From Alphaproteobacteria bacterium (GTDB lineage Bacteria; Pseudomonadota; Alphaproteobacteria; UBA6615): a stretch of DNA of 64,000 nt. Shown here in pieces: positions 50,118 through 59,800 of this stretch. Both the position numbers and the translations under genes were made by a program. Below the pieces are notes generated by a model, which made no database searches, was not told the DNA's origin, and saw only the letters and a list, made by a program, of their open reading frames with translations. The stretch covers positions 22,180 to 86,179 of the forward strand of contig JAYPPL010000005.1 of assembly GCA_038131445.1 (NCBI GenBank). Direction: 5' to 3'. How positions within the stretch are numbered: the first letter of the stretch is position 1; each line of letters starts with the position of its first letter.

Positions 50118-50354
50118 ATGACACAAAAAGCCCCATCGATCCGGCTTATTGTTGGAGGGGTGGCTGTGGTGTTGGGTACCGGGATCGTGGGAGTGCATGT
50201 CGTCGATGCATCGACCATGCCCCCGATCGGTCCTGAAACGCGAATGGTCCGGACACAATTGACCGGCGAAAAGGGATCCGACGTGATCCTTGGGGAGCCG
50301 CGGTGGGCCAAGGGGCTCGGGCGAAGGCGGCGATCTATCGCGAATAAATTTTGA
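50118..50354 (+). CDS. possible small membrane-anchored hypothetical protein (78 aa)
   Basis: The ATG at 50118 lies 8 nt after GGGAGAGGG. N-terminal hydrophobic segment IRLIVGGVAVVLGTGIVGV. No family recognised. Lies in the long gap upstream of the DEAD-box helicase. Confidence 0.3.
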   Translation: MTQKAPSIRLIVGGVAVVLGTGIVGVHVVDASTMPPIGPETRMVRTQLTGEKGSDVILGEPRWAKGLGRRRRSIANKF

Positions 50355-50565
50355 TTTTCTTGACAAATCACTGCGAGACGGTCATCTCAGCGTCATTACG
50401 TTATCTCGCGATTGCGCGAAGCGTTGCTCATTTGCAACGCAAATCCCGGGAATAATAATCAAGAATCAGCCTGGACCGGCCGCGCTCGGATCGGGGCGAG
50501 CGTCGGGGCCGGATGGCCGCCAAAGAGGCGAGCCGCAGAAGCGACCGACGTACAAGGAATACTCT

Positions 50566-51852
<1,287 letters not shown>

Positions 51853-51858
51853 TAAAAC

Positions 51859-51897
51859 ACGGGCGGTTGGACCTTGGTTCTTCCGCCCGTTTTCTCT
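51859..51897 (+). terminator. rho-independent terminator after the helicase gene
   Basis: ACGGGCGG-(16 nt loop)-CCGCCCGT followed by TTTTCTC. Confidence 0.7.
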
Positions 51898-51975
51898 CAA
51901 GTTTCTTCAAGACCCGCCTAGCGCGTGTCATACCTGTACGACCAATCCGTACCGGCTTCTCTCGTAACGCAACGC

Positions 51976-53250
51976 ATGAACCTACTCCCGAAAACCCCCA
52001 CGGCCCGGATTGTCTTGGCGATGATCCCGGCCCTCAGCTTTGCGTTTGTGTTCAGCCAGTTCCTGCGCTCGGTTCCGGCGGTGATCGCTCCGGACCTGCG
52101 CACCGAGCTCGGCATGAGTGCAGGCGAACTCAGCGCTCTGCCGTCGGCGCTGTTTCTTGGTTCCGCGATGATGCAGCTGCCGAGCGGTGTCCTGTTGGAC
52201 CGGTATGGACCGCGCCTGACCGTCACCGCCTTCCTGATGCTGACAGGCGCGGGTGTGGTCTGGTTTTCGCACGCACACACGCCCGGAGCCCTCACGGCGT
52301 CCCTGCTTTTGACCGGCTGGGGTATTGCCCCGACGTTCATGGGGATCATTGTTCTCATTTCACGCTGGGTGCCGCGCGATAGGCTTGCGACAGCCACGGC
52401 ACTGTCCGTCGGGGTGGGCGGAACTGGTATGCTGTTTTCCGCAACGCCCTTTGCCGAAGCCACTGCGGCCTTTGGCTGGCGGCCAACCCTGACGGCCGTC
52501 GGTATGTTTGCGTTCGTCGTTTCGCTCGCAGTAGTGCTGACTGTTCGCGACCGTCCACCGGGCGCAAATGATAATTTGGTTGTTCCTGAAAGCCTCATCG
52601 CGACCATCCGTGGTTTGGCGCAGGTGCTGCGCGAACCGCGCCTGTATGCCCTCGGATCGCTTGCTGCGGTCACGGTTGGATCCTTCCTGACGTTCCGGGC
52701 GTTGTGGGTCGGCCCGTATCTGAATGACGTCTATGGCGCGGGGCTTCTGGAGCGCGGAAACCTAATCTTTTGGGTCTCGCTCGCATGGCTGGTGAGCGCC
52801 GTGTTTATCGGTCCCCTGGACCGGGTCTTCGACACAAGGCGCGGCGTGGTGACGGTGGGTGCCATTTCCATGATGGCCTGGTTTTCCGCGCTCGCCCTGA
52901 TCGGGGGAAGCTCCGTAATATTTGCCGCGGGCGCCATGATATTACTTGGCCTATCGTCGGGGTTGTCTTCCCCGATTTTTGCCCATGCGCGTAGTCTGTT
53001 TCCCGACCGCTATGTCGGGCGTGTCGTGACGGCCATCAACCTGTTTGTCTGGGGCGGGGTGTTTCTGATCCAGGTGGGTACAGGTCTTCTGATTGATCAG
53101 TTTCCGGCAGACAGCAACGGCCTCAGCCCTGTCGGTGCCTATCAGGCGAACTTCTTGGTCATGGCGGTGCTGTTACTGATCGCGCTGGTTATCTACCGAC
53201 GAGTCGCGGACGTACCGCCATCAATGGATTTTGAGAAAGAGGAGCCTTGA
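51976..53250 (+). CDS. MFS transporter
   Basis: About 424 aa with 12 predicted TM segments. GVLLDRYGPR is an MFS loop 2-3 motif. Start at ATG 51976. Confidence 0.85.
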   Translation: MNLLPKTPTARIVLAMIPALSFAFVFSQFLRSVPAVIAPDLRTELGMSAGELSALPSALFLGSAMMQLPSGVLLDRYGPRLTVTAFLMLTGAGVVWFSHAHTPGALTASLLLTGWGIAPTFMGIIVLISRWVPRDRLATATALSVGVGGTGMLFSATPFAEATAAFGWRPTLTAVGMFAFVVSLAVVLTVRDRPPGANDNLVVPESLIATIRGLAQVLREPRLYALGSLAAVTVGSFLTFRALWVGPYLNDVYGAGLLERGNLIFWVSLAWLVSAVFIGPLDRVFDTRRGVVTVGAISMMAWFSALALIGGSSVIFAAGAMILLGLSSGLSSPIFAHARSLFPDRYVGRVVTAINLFVWGGVFLIQVGTGLLIDQFPADSNGLSPVGAYQANFLVMAVLLLIALVIYRRVADVPPSMDFEKEEP

Positions 53251-53842
53251 ACGGTTGCTAAGGATAACGACGCCCGTTAGCGCGCAAAAGGCAGCGGATA
53301 TCGAACTACATATCCGACACTACACCCATACATTAATAGATTACTTTCAGTATAGAGAACAACACACTGATAAAAATATTAATAGTTATGCGTTTCTGAA
53401 AGAGCGGGAAGCTTTGACGCGACCTCGGTTTCGGATACCAGCCCCGCAAACAAATCGCTGATGCAGGTGCGCGCGCGAACCCAGGCGTGCGCGCGCGAAT
53501 ACCCATCAATCGTCCCGAGGATATCGTGCGGCAGCGGCTTGAGCGTCTGCTGGGTATCGCATTCGCTGGCGTCGTTGGTCATGATGACGAAGGCGGTTAT
53601 GACCAAGCAGGCTATTCATGGACGGTCCGTATGCGGCTCGCCGCGAGAAGGGCGACGAACGACATCACGCAGAGGTCCTGCGCCCGCAGTTCCTAGATAC
53701 ATGGCACCAAGGAAATTCCATCCGTGGCACTTGGCGCGTTCGTTGTCTGGCCCATAATGGGAAAAGGGTGACGTAGGTTCGCGAAGGCGTCCATGATGGA
53801 TCGTTTACAAGCCGGTATACAGAAAATACTAAGTTTTTCGGG

Positions 53843-54697
53843 ATGAGAGAGATGGTTATCGAGCGGCGGGTCGTCAAGGCGAACGGAATCAACCTTCATT
53901 ACCGCGAATGCGGCAAGGGCCCGGCACTGGTGATGCTGCATGGATGGCCGCAAACCTCATACGCTTGGCGCAAGGTGATGCCGATACTTGCGCCGCATTA
54001 TCGCTGCATCGCGCCCGACCTTCGCGGCATGGGGTCGTCCGATAAACCGGTCGGAGGCTACGACATGCGCACGGTCGCCAACGATATCCGTGCCCTGGTA
54101 ACCGAGCTGGGCCTCTGCAAGGTTTTTATGGTTGGTACCGACTGGGGCGGCCTGGTCGCGCGGCGCTACGCGATTGACCATCCCGGTGAGCTCGACCGGC
54201 TGTTCATCGTCGATATCGTTCCCCACGATCAGGTCTTCGCCCGTATGACCCCGCAGTCGGCGCGTGGGGCCTGGCACTATTTCTGGAACGCCGTGCCGGA
54301 CATGCCTGAGAAGCTGGTGTCCTACGACGTCCGGCTGTTCCTGCAGGCGCTGTTCCGACCGAAATATCATAACCCCGCCGTCATGGAAGAAGGGCTGGAC
54401 GAGTATGTTCGCGCCTATTCAGCTCCGGGCGCGCTGCGTGGAGGATTCGCTTACTACAAGGCAATGTTTGACGAAAATCCAGCCTTGGATGCTGAGAATC
54501 CCAGCGCGCGCATCAAGGAGCCCGTGCACATGCTGTGGGGCAACAGCGGCGGTATGGGCGTGTTCGATGTGCTCGAGATGTGGAAGTCCTGCGCCCCCCA
54601 TGCGACCGGGCGGGGACTCGATGCCTGCGGGCATTATATTCACGAAGAGGAGCCCGAAATCCTGTGCGAGGAAATCCTCGCTTTTGGGCGCGATTAA
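53843..54697 (+). CDS. alpha/beta hydrolase (epoxide hydrolase/haloacetate dehalogenase-like subfamily)
   Basis: LVMLHGWPQTSYAWRKV, PDLRGMGSSDKP, nucleophile elbow VGTDWGG (Asp nucleophile type), and C-terminal GHYIHEEEP. Confidence 0.85.
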   Translation: MREMVIERRVVKANGINLHYRECGKGPALVMLHGWPQTSYAWRKVMPILAPHYRCIAPDLRGMGSSDKPVGGYDMRTVANDIRALVTELGLCKVFMVGTDWGGLVARRYAIDHPGELDRLFIVDIVPHDQVFARMTPQSARGAWHYFWNAVPDMPEKLVSYDVRLFLQALFRPKYHNPAVMEEGLDEYVRAYSAPGALRGGFAYYKAMFDENPALDAENPSARIKEPVHMLWGNSGGMGVFDVLEMWKSCAPHATGRGLDACGHYIHEEEPEILCEEILAFGRD

Positions 54698-54743
54698 TCC
54701 GCGTCTTGTAGGCGCTGCATCACCTGTTCAAAGGCGCGGGACC

Positions 54744-55148
54744 ATGACCGATTTCGTGATCGACGACCTTACACCGCGCGAACTTGCGATGGTGGTGGAG
54801 TTGCAGCAGGTCGAACTCAAGCGGCTGTTGGAAGAACACCAACGTCTGAACGACCGCATCGATCAGCTTATGCAATTGCAGGAACGTGAACAGGTGTTAC
54901 GCCAACAGATTCAGGAAGCGCTCGACAAGCTGGCCGACCAGCGTTTGTCAGAAGTGCCAGGAAGACATCCCGTGCCGCAGATCGAACATCGCATTCACAG
55001 GGCAGAAGCTCGGTTCAATGCGCTTCGCAATGCCGTCGGGCGCCTCGTGATCGCAATCGAGCAGAATGAACGCAAGCGAAGGGCGCGCGAACGCTTGCAA
55101 AGCAAACATTTGAAGCGGTTAGCACCGGATGCGCCGTATCGTATCTGA
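54744..55148 (+). CDS. hypothetical coiled-coil protein
   Basis: 134 aa, heptad-rich and charged (LQQVELKRLLEEHQRLNDRIDQLMQLQEREQVLRQQIQEALDKL). No family recognised. Confidence 0.55.
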   Translation: MTDFVIDDLTPRELAMVVELQQVELKRLLEEHQRLNDRIDQLMQLQEREQVLRQQIQEALDKLADQRLSEVPGRHPVPQIEHRIHRAEARFNALRNAVGRLVIAIEQNERKRRARERLQSKHLKRLAPDAPYRI

Positions 55149-55165
55149 CGAGCAATGTGGCCCAG

Positions 55166-56029
55166 CTAGTGGGCCATTAACACAGGAACTTCAGCGTTGG
55201 CGAGGATCGCCGCCGTCGCGCCGCCGAATATCATCTGCTTCAGTCGACTTTGGGTATAGCCGCCCTTGATAACCAGATCGGAATCCAGTTCGGCCGCCAC
55301 TTCCAGTATGATCTTGCCGGCTTCCGCTGCGGAGCGCCGCCCCGGAACCTCTTTCACATCGGCAATCACCGCGTCACGCCGCAGGTTGTTTACCACATCC
55401 TCTGCGGAGGGTCCCGGTACCATGCCACCCTCAACGGCGAGCACGGTCACCTTGTCCGCCTCGCGCAGGATGAATTTGGCCAGCGCAATGGCGCGCGCCG
55501 TCTCGGTCCCGCCGTTCCAGCCGATCACGACATTCCGCCCCACATGTTCCGGTGGTGTCGGAGGTGCAACCAGGATCGGGCGGCCGGACTCGAACAGCAC
55601 GGTCTCGAGCGTGTTCATCGCGGGCGTCATGGAGCCCGGCATAGGGCGTCCCACAACGGTCAGGTCAAATACGCGTGCGCGCTGGCCGAAGATGCCGATC
55701 CCGGATGCCTCATCCTCTACCCAGCGGGCGCACAACTGAGGTACGCCATAAACAGCTTCAGGGATGTTGTGCTTTTCTACGAACTCTTGGAAATGCGCGT
55801 GCAGGCGCTCCGCGCGGGCACGTTGCTCCTGCTCAAACTGCTCCTCGGTGCCGGACAACGCGGCTGCTCCGCCCTCGAAACCCACCGCAACCGCACCGGC
55901 GAGGGTGGGTCGGATACACAGGCCTTCGATATAACTTTCGTAGTGTTTTGCGAAGACCAGAGCGGTCTCGAGAACCGAGTCCAAGATCTCGCTTTCCTCA
56001 AGTGGGACGAGGATTGAACGAAACGGCAT
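55166..56029 (-). CDS. tandem-domain universal stress protein (UspA family)
   Basis: Two Usp modules, the second ending in the ATP-binding-type G-x2-G-x9-G(S/T) region (IKGGYTQSRLKQMIFGGATAAIL). Start at ATG 56029 behind GGGAGGGAGG. Confidence 0.85.
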   Translation of the reverse strand: MPFRSILVPLEESEILDSVLETALVFAKHYESYIEGLCIRPTLAGAVAVGFEGGAAALSGTEEQFEQEQRARAERLHAHFQEFVEKHNIPEAVYGVPQLCARWVEDEASGIGIFGQRARVFDLTVVGRPMPGSMTPAMNTLETVLFESGRPILVAPPTPPEHVGRNVVIGWNGGTETARAIALAKFILREADKVTVLAVEGGMVPGPSAEDVVNNLRRDAVIADVKEVPGRRSAAEAGKIILEVAAELDSDLVIKGGYTQSRLKQMIFGGATAAILANAEVPVLMAH

Positions 56030-56165
56030 GGGCCTCCCTCCCGTGCTTGGTATTCCCTCCATATTGCGCATACGCATGCTGTTGGAGCAAGCATACACGC
56101 GAAGCGTATTCCCGCTGTTGCAAGCGCGGATATGTTCGGGTAATAGGACGCCCCTGCGAACCGGC

Positions 56166-56252
56166 GCGGCAGTGGCGGAATTGGTAGACGCGCAACGTTG
56201 AGGGCGTTGTGGGCGAAAGCCCGTGGAGGTTCAAGTCCTCTCTGCCGCACCA
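56166..56252 (+). tRNA. tRNA-Leu (anticodon GAG)
   Basis: 87 nt class II tRNA with a long variable arm. Acceptor GCGGCAG/CTGCCGC, anticodon arm caacg-TTGAGGG-cgttg, encoded CCA. Confidence 0.95.
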
Positions 56253-56279
56253 AAGTCGCTTCGAATTGCCCGGTAATGT

Positions 56280-56366
56280 GCGGCAGTGGCGGAATTGGTA
56301 GACGCGCTAGCTTCAGGTGCTAGTGATCGCAAGGTCGTGGAGGTTCAAGTCCTCTCTGCCGCACCA
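56280..56366 (+). tRNA. tRNA-Leu (anticodon CAG)
   Basis: 87 nt. Identical to the upstream Leu gene in the acceptor, D and T arms. Anticodon arm ctagc-TTCAGGT-gctag, encoded CCA. Confidence 0.95.
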
Positions 56367-56466
56367 CCCGGGCCAACAAATTCGCGAAAAGTGTCGCGAT
56401 TCCGCCATATTGTGTCGGCACTGTCATTCCGTTGCCCCTATATGAAGCGGACAACGACGAGCGTCC

Positions 56467-57282
56467 ATGGCGAAGAAAATATCCAGAAACAGAAAGCGTA
56501 GCGTCGGCCTTGGCGGTCGCCGGCCTTTCGGGCTGTTCGCGCGCCTGCGCAGTTACTTCCTAGCCGGCCTTCTGGCCGTCGCGCCGATCGGCATCACGCT
56601 CTGGCTGTGCTGGGTCCTGTTGACTTTCGTAGATTCCCGCGTCACGCCGCTGATCCCGCATCTCTACAATCCGAACACCTACCTTAATGAATATCTGCCT
56701 CACGGCATTCCGGGTCTGGGGCTGATTGTCCTCGTTATCGGACTGACGATCGTCGGCGCACTGACGCGAATTTTCCTCGGTCGCTGGCTGATGCGCACGA
56801 GCGAGAAAATCCTGAACCGTATGCCGTTTGTGCGCAGTGTCTATGGCGCCACCAAGCAGATTGCAGAGACGGTCCTGAAGCGGCAGTCCGAGGCCTTCCG
56901 CCAAGTGGTCCTATTTGAATATCCCCGGCGCGGGAGCTGGGCCATCGGTTTCGTGACGGGCACTACCCGGGGTGAAGTCCAGAACGTGACCGACGACGAC
57001 GTGGTCAACGTCTTCCTTCCCACGACGCCGAACCCGACCTCCGGTTATCTGCTGTTCCTGCCCCGCCGGGAACTCGTACCGCTGGCCATGAGCGTGGAAG
57101 AGGGAATCAAGATGATCATTTCCGGCGGCATCGTGACCCCGCCGGACCGGCGCTCAGCTGACCAGCAGAGCACCAAGCGCATTCGCCGCTCCAACGGGGA
57201 CAAACCCACTATCGGACCGGGGGCTGAGCCGTCGCCCGGGAACGACGCGGTGCCGTCAACAGCCGCCGCGCAAGAAGACTGA
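56467..57282 (+). CDS. DUF502 domain-containing membrane protein
   Basis: 271 aa. LAGLLAVAPIGITLWL ... IPGLGLIVLVIGLTIVG ... MPFVRSVYGATKQI ... FEYPRRGSWAIGFVTG ... TTPNPTSGYLLF are typical DUF502 blocks. Confidence 0.8.
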   Translation: MAKKISRNRKRSVGLGGRRPFGLFARLRSYFLAGLLAVAPIGITLWLCWVLLTFVDSRVTPLIPHLYNPNTYLNEYLPHGIPGLGLIVLVIGLTIVGALTRIFLGRWLMRTSEKILNRMPFVRSVYGATKQIAETVLKRQSEAFRQVVLFEYPRRGSWAIGFVTGTTRGEVQNVTDDDVVNVFLPTTPNPTSGYLLFLPRRELVPLAMSVEEGIKMIISGGIVTPPDRRSADQQSTKRIRRSNGDKPTIGPGAEPSPGNDAVPSTAAAQED

Positions 57283-57305
57283 CGCAGTACCATAAAGGGT
57301 CCCCG

Positions 57306-59414
57306 TCAGCCGGTCCTAGCGTAACGAACCGCCGCATCTCTCTCGAACAGGTAGAGTAAAGTCCGCAGGGCCTCACCCCTCGAGGACTGCAATTCCGGAT
57401 CAAGCTCAATGATCAGTCGGGCGTCGTCACGCGCAATAGCCAGTAGTTCTGAATGAGCATCTAAGTCGGCCAGCCGGAATTCAGGCAGGCCCGACTGGCG
57501 CGTACCGAGCACATCCCCCGCACCGCGCAGGCGAAGATCCTGCTCCGCAATCTCGAATCCGTCATTGGTTTCCCGAAGCACGCGCAAACGTTCGCGCGCT
57601 GTTTGTCCGATCTCGTGCCCGAACAGTAGGAGACAGGTGCCTTCGCGGCTGCCTCGCCCAATTCGCCCGCGAAGCTGATGAAGCTGCGCCAGTCCGAACC
57701 GCTCGGCATGTTCGATAACCATCACGTTAGCGTCGGGCACATCGACACCCACTTCGATCACCGTGGTAGCGACCAGAATATCGAGGGGTGATCCGTCCTG
57801 CCCTACAAAACGGGCCATCACCGTATCCTTGTCCTTGCCGGTCATCCGGCCGTGGACCAGCCCGACCCGGTCGCCGAAGTGCTCCTGCAACGCCGCGTGG
57901 CGCGCGGTTGCCGCGGCGACGTCTGCGGTCTCGGATTCCTCGACCAGCGGGCAAACCCAGAATACCTTGCCGCCACCGTCGATCTGGCGGCGGACACCGG
58001 CGATCACGTCTTCCAAACGATCGACGGATGCCGTGGTCGTCATCACGGGCTTGCGGCCCGCGGGCTTGTCGCGGAGCTGGGATTCATCCAGATCGCCATA
58101 GGCCGCGAGCATAAGGGTGCGCGGGATCGGCGTCGCGGTCATCAGCAGCACATCGACCATGTGCCCCTTGTCGGCGAGCAGCATGCGCTGGTGCACGCCG
58201 AACCGGTGCTGCTCATCAACCACCGCGAGCGCGAGATTCTCGAACCGGATGTCATCCTGGAACAGCGCATGTGTGCCGACGACGAGGGGGATCGACCCGT
58301 CCGCCATGCGCGCAAGTATGGCGTCGCGTGCCTTGCCCTTGTCCCGACCGGTCAGCAGCACGCATTCGACGCCCGCGGCTTCGACCAGGGGCGCGATAGT
58401 GGCGTAGTGCTGGTGCGCCAGGATCTCGGTCGGGGCCATCATCGCGGCCTGGCGTCCGGCCTCGACGGCCGTCAGCATCGCCATCAGCGCCACCACCGTC
58501 TTGCCGCTGCCCACATCGCCCTGCAGCAACCGCAGCATGCGGTGGTCACCGGCCATGTCCGAGTCGATATCCCTAATCGCCCGTTCCTGGCTGCCCGTCA
58601 GTGCAAACGGAAGCGCCGCACGGGCTTTCGCGCGGAGCGAGCCGTTCCCGACCGTGGTGCGACCGGGCTGCCGCCGCACATTGGCGCGCACCAGAGAGAT
58701 CGCGAGTTGACTGGCAAGAATTTCGTCATAGGCGAGCCGCGAACGCGCTGTGTTGCCCGGTGACAGGTCACGCGCGCCCTGTGGAGCATGCGCCGCGAGC
58801 AGCGACGCTTTCCAGCTGTCCCAGCCGCGTTCCTTCCGGAAAGCCGGATCCAGCCATTCCGGCAACTCGGGCGCGCGCTCCAAGGCGCCGGACACCGCCT
58901 TTCCGAGCACGTTCTGGGAAAGCCCTTCGGTCAGCGGATAAACAGGCTGAGCCCGCATGACGCTGTCGCGTTCCTCGGGTTTGGCGACGATATCCGGATG
59001 GGTCATCTGCAAACGGCCGTCGAAGAGCTCGGCCGTCCCGCTCACCAGCCGTCGCTCGCCTTCCGGTAGCGTATTCGCAAGGTATTCCTTGCGCCCGTGG
59101 AAGTAGACAAGCGTGATTTCCCCGGTCTCGTCCGCGCAGTCGATTCGGTAGGGGATGCGCCGATTACTAACGGGTGGCGCATGATGGCGTCCGACCGTGA
59201 CCTCCAGCGTTGCGACCCGCCCGGGCTCAAGGTCTTTCAGCACCGGTGAATACCGCCGGTCGATTACACCGTTAGGCAGGTGCCAGAGCAGATCCACGAC
59301 ATGCGGGCCGACAAGGCGTTCGATGTGTTTGCCGATGCGCGGGCCGACGCCTTTCAGCGCCGTGGCGGGCGCGAAAGTGGGAAACAAGACCTCTGGGCGG
59401 GCGCGGGGAGGCAC
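57306..59414 (-). CDS. recG: ATP-dependent DNA helicase RecG
   Basis: 702 aa. Wedge/OB N-terminal domain, Walker A GDVGSGKT, DEQH (VVDEQHRFG), and the TRG motif region. GTG start. Confidence 0.95.
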   Translation of the reverse strand: MPPRARPEVLFPTFAPATALKGVGPRIGKHIERLVGPHVVDLLWHLPNGVIDRRYSPVLKDLEPGRVATLEVTVGRHHAPPVSNRRIPYRIDCADETGEITLVYFHGRKEYLANTLPEGERRLVSGTAELFDGRLQMTHPDIVAKPEERDSVMRAQPVYPLTEGLSQNVLGKAVSGALERAPELPEWLDPAFRKERGWDSWKASLLAAHAPQGARDLSPGNTARSRLAYDEILASQLAISLVRANVRRQPGRTTVGNGSLRAKARAALPFALTGSQERAIRDIDSDMAGDHRMLRLLQGDVGSGKTVVALMAMLTAVEAGRQAAMMAPTEILAHQHYATIAPLVEAAGVECVLLTGRDKGKARDAILARMADGSIPLVVGTHALFQDDIRFENLALAVVDEQHRFGVHQRMLLADKGHMVDVLLMTATPIPRTLMLAAYGDLDESQLRDKPAGRKPVMTTTASVDRLEDVIAGVRRQIDGGGKVFWVCPLVEESETADVAAATARHAALQEHFGDRVGLVHGRMTGKDKDTVMARFVGQDGSPLDILVATTVIEVGVDVPDANVMVIEHAERFGLAQLHQLRGRIGRGSREGTCLLLFGHEIGQTARERLRVLRETNDGFEIAEQDLRLRGAGDVLGTRQSGLPEFRLADLDAHSELLAIARDDARLIIELDPELQSSRGEALRTLLYLFERDAAVRYARTG

Positions 59415-59532
59415 GTGGGCACCGAATTCCTGGTTCGTGCGGCTGACAGCACTGGATTGGGAGGCTATATCCTACGGCAGCGCCGAACCGCGAGTCAGCG
59501 CCGAAGTGAGCCCGCTAGCGGAAAAAGGACCG

Positions 59533-59796
59533 ATGAGCGAGGAAACCCGCGAAACCCGTATCCGGCGGCTGGTCTATCGCAGCCGCTACACGGGCACGAA
59601 AGAGACCGACCTGATCTTCAGCGCCTTCGCGGAGCGTTATCTGGACGAACTGGACGACGCGCTGCTCGATGAGTACGAAGCGCTGATCGAGAACAGCGAC
59701 CCCGATCTGTATATGTGGATCAGCGGGCGCAAACCCGTCCCAGAGAAATGGGACGGCGAAATCATGCGGCGGCTCAAGCTAATCGAGATCGGCTGA
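59533..59796 (+). CDS. sdhE: FAD assembly factor SdhE (succinate dehydrogenase assembly factor 2 family)
   Basis: 87 aa. RIRRLVYRSRYTGTKETDLIF carries the SdhE/Sdh5 R-G-x-x-E-type motif, plus DPDLYMWISG. Confidence 0.85.
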   Translation: MSEETRETRIRRLVYRSRYTGTKETDLIFSAFAERYLDELDDALLDEYEALIENSDPDLYMWISGRKPVPEKWDGEIMRRLKLIEIG

Positions 59797-59800
59797 CACC

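Noticed and set aside
50360-50388. TTGACA with a possible -10 element, as a promoter for the helicase
   Set aside because: The -35 hexamer is perfect, but the sequence 17 nt downstream (catctc/tcatct) is a poor -10. This is not enough to call a promoter.
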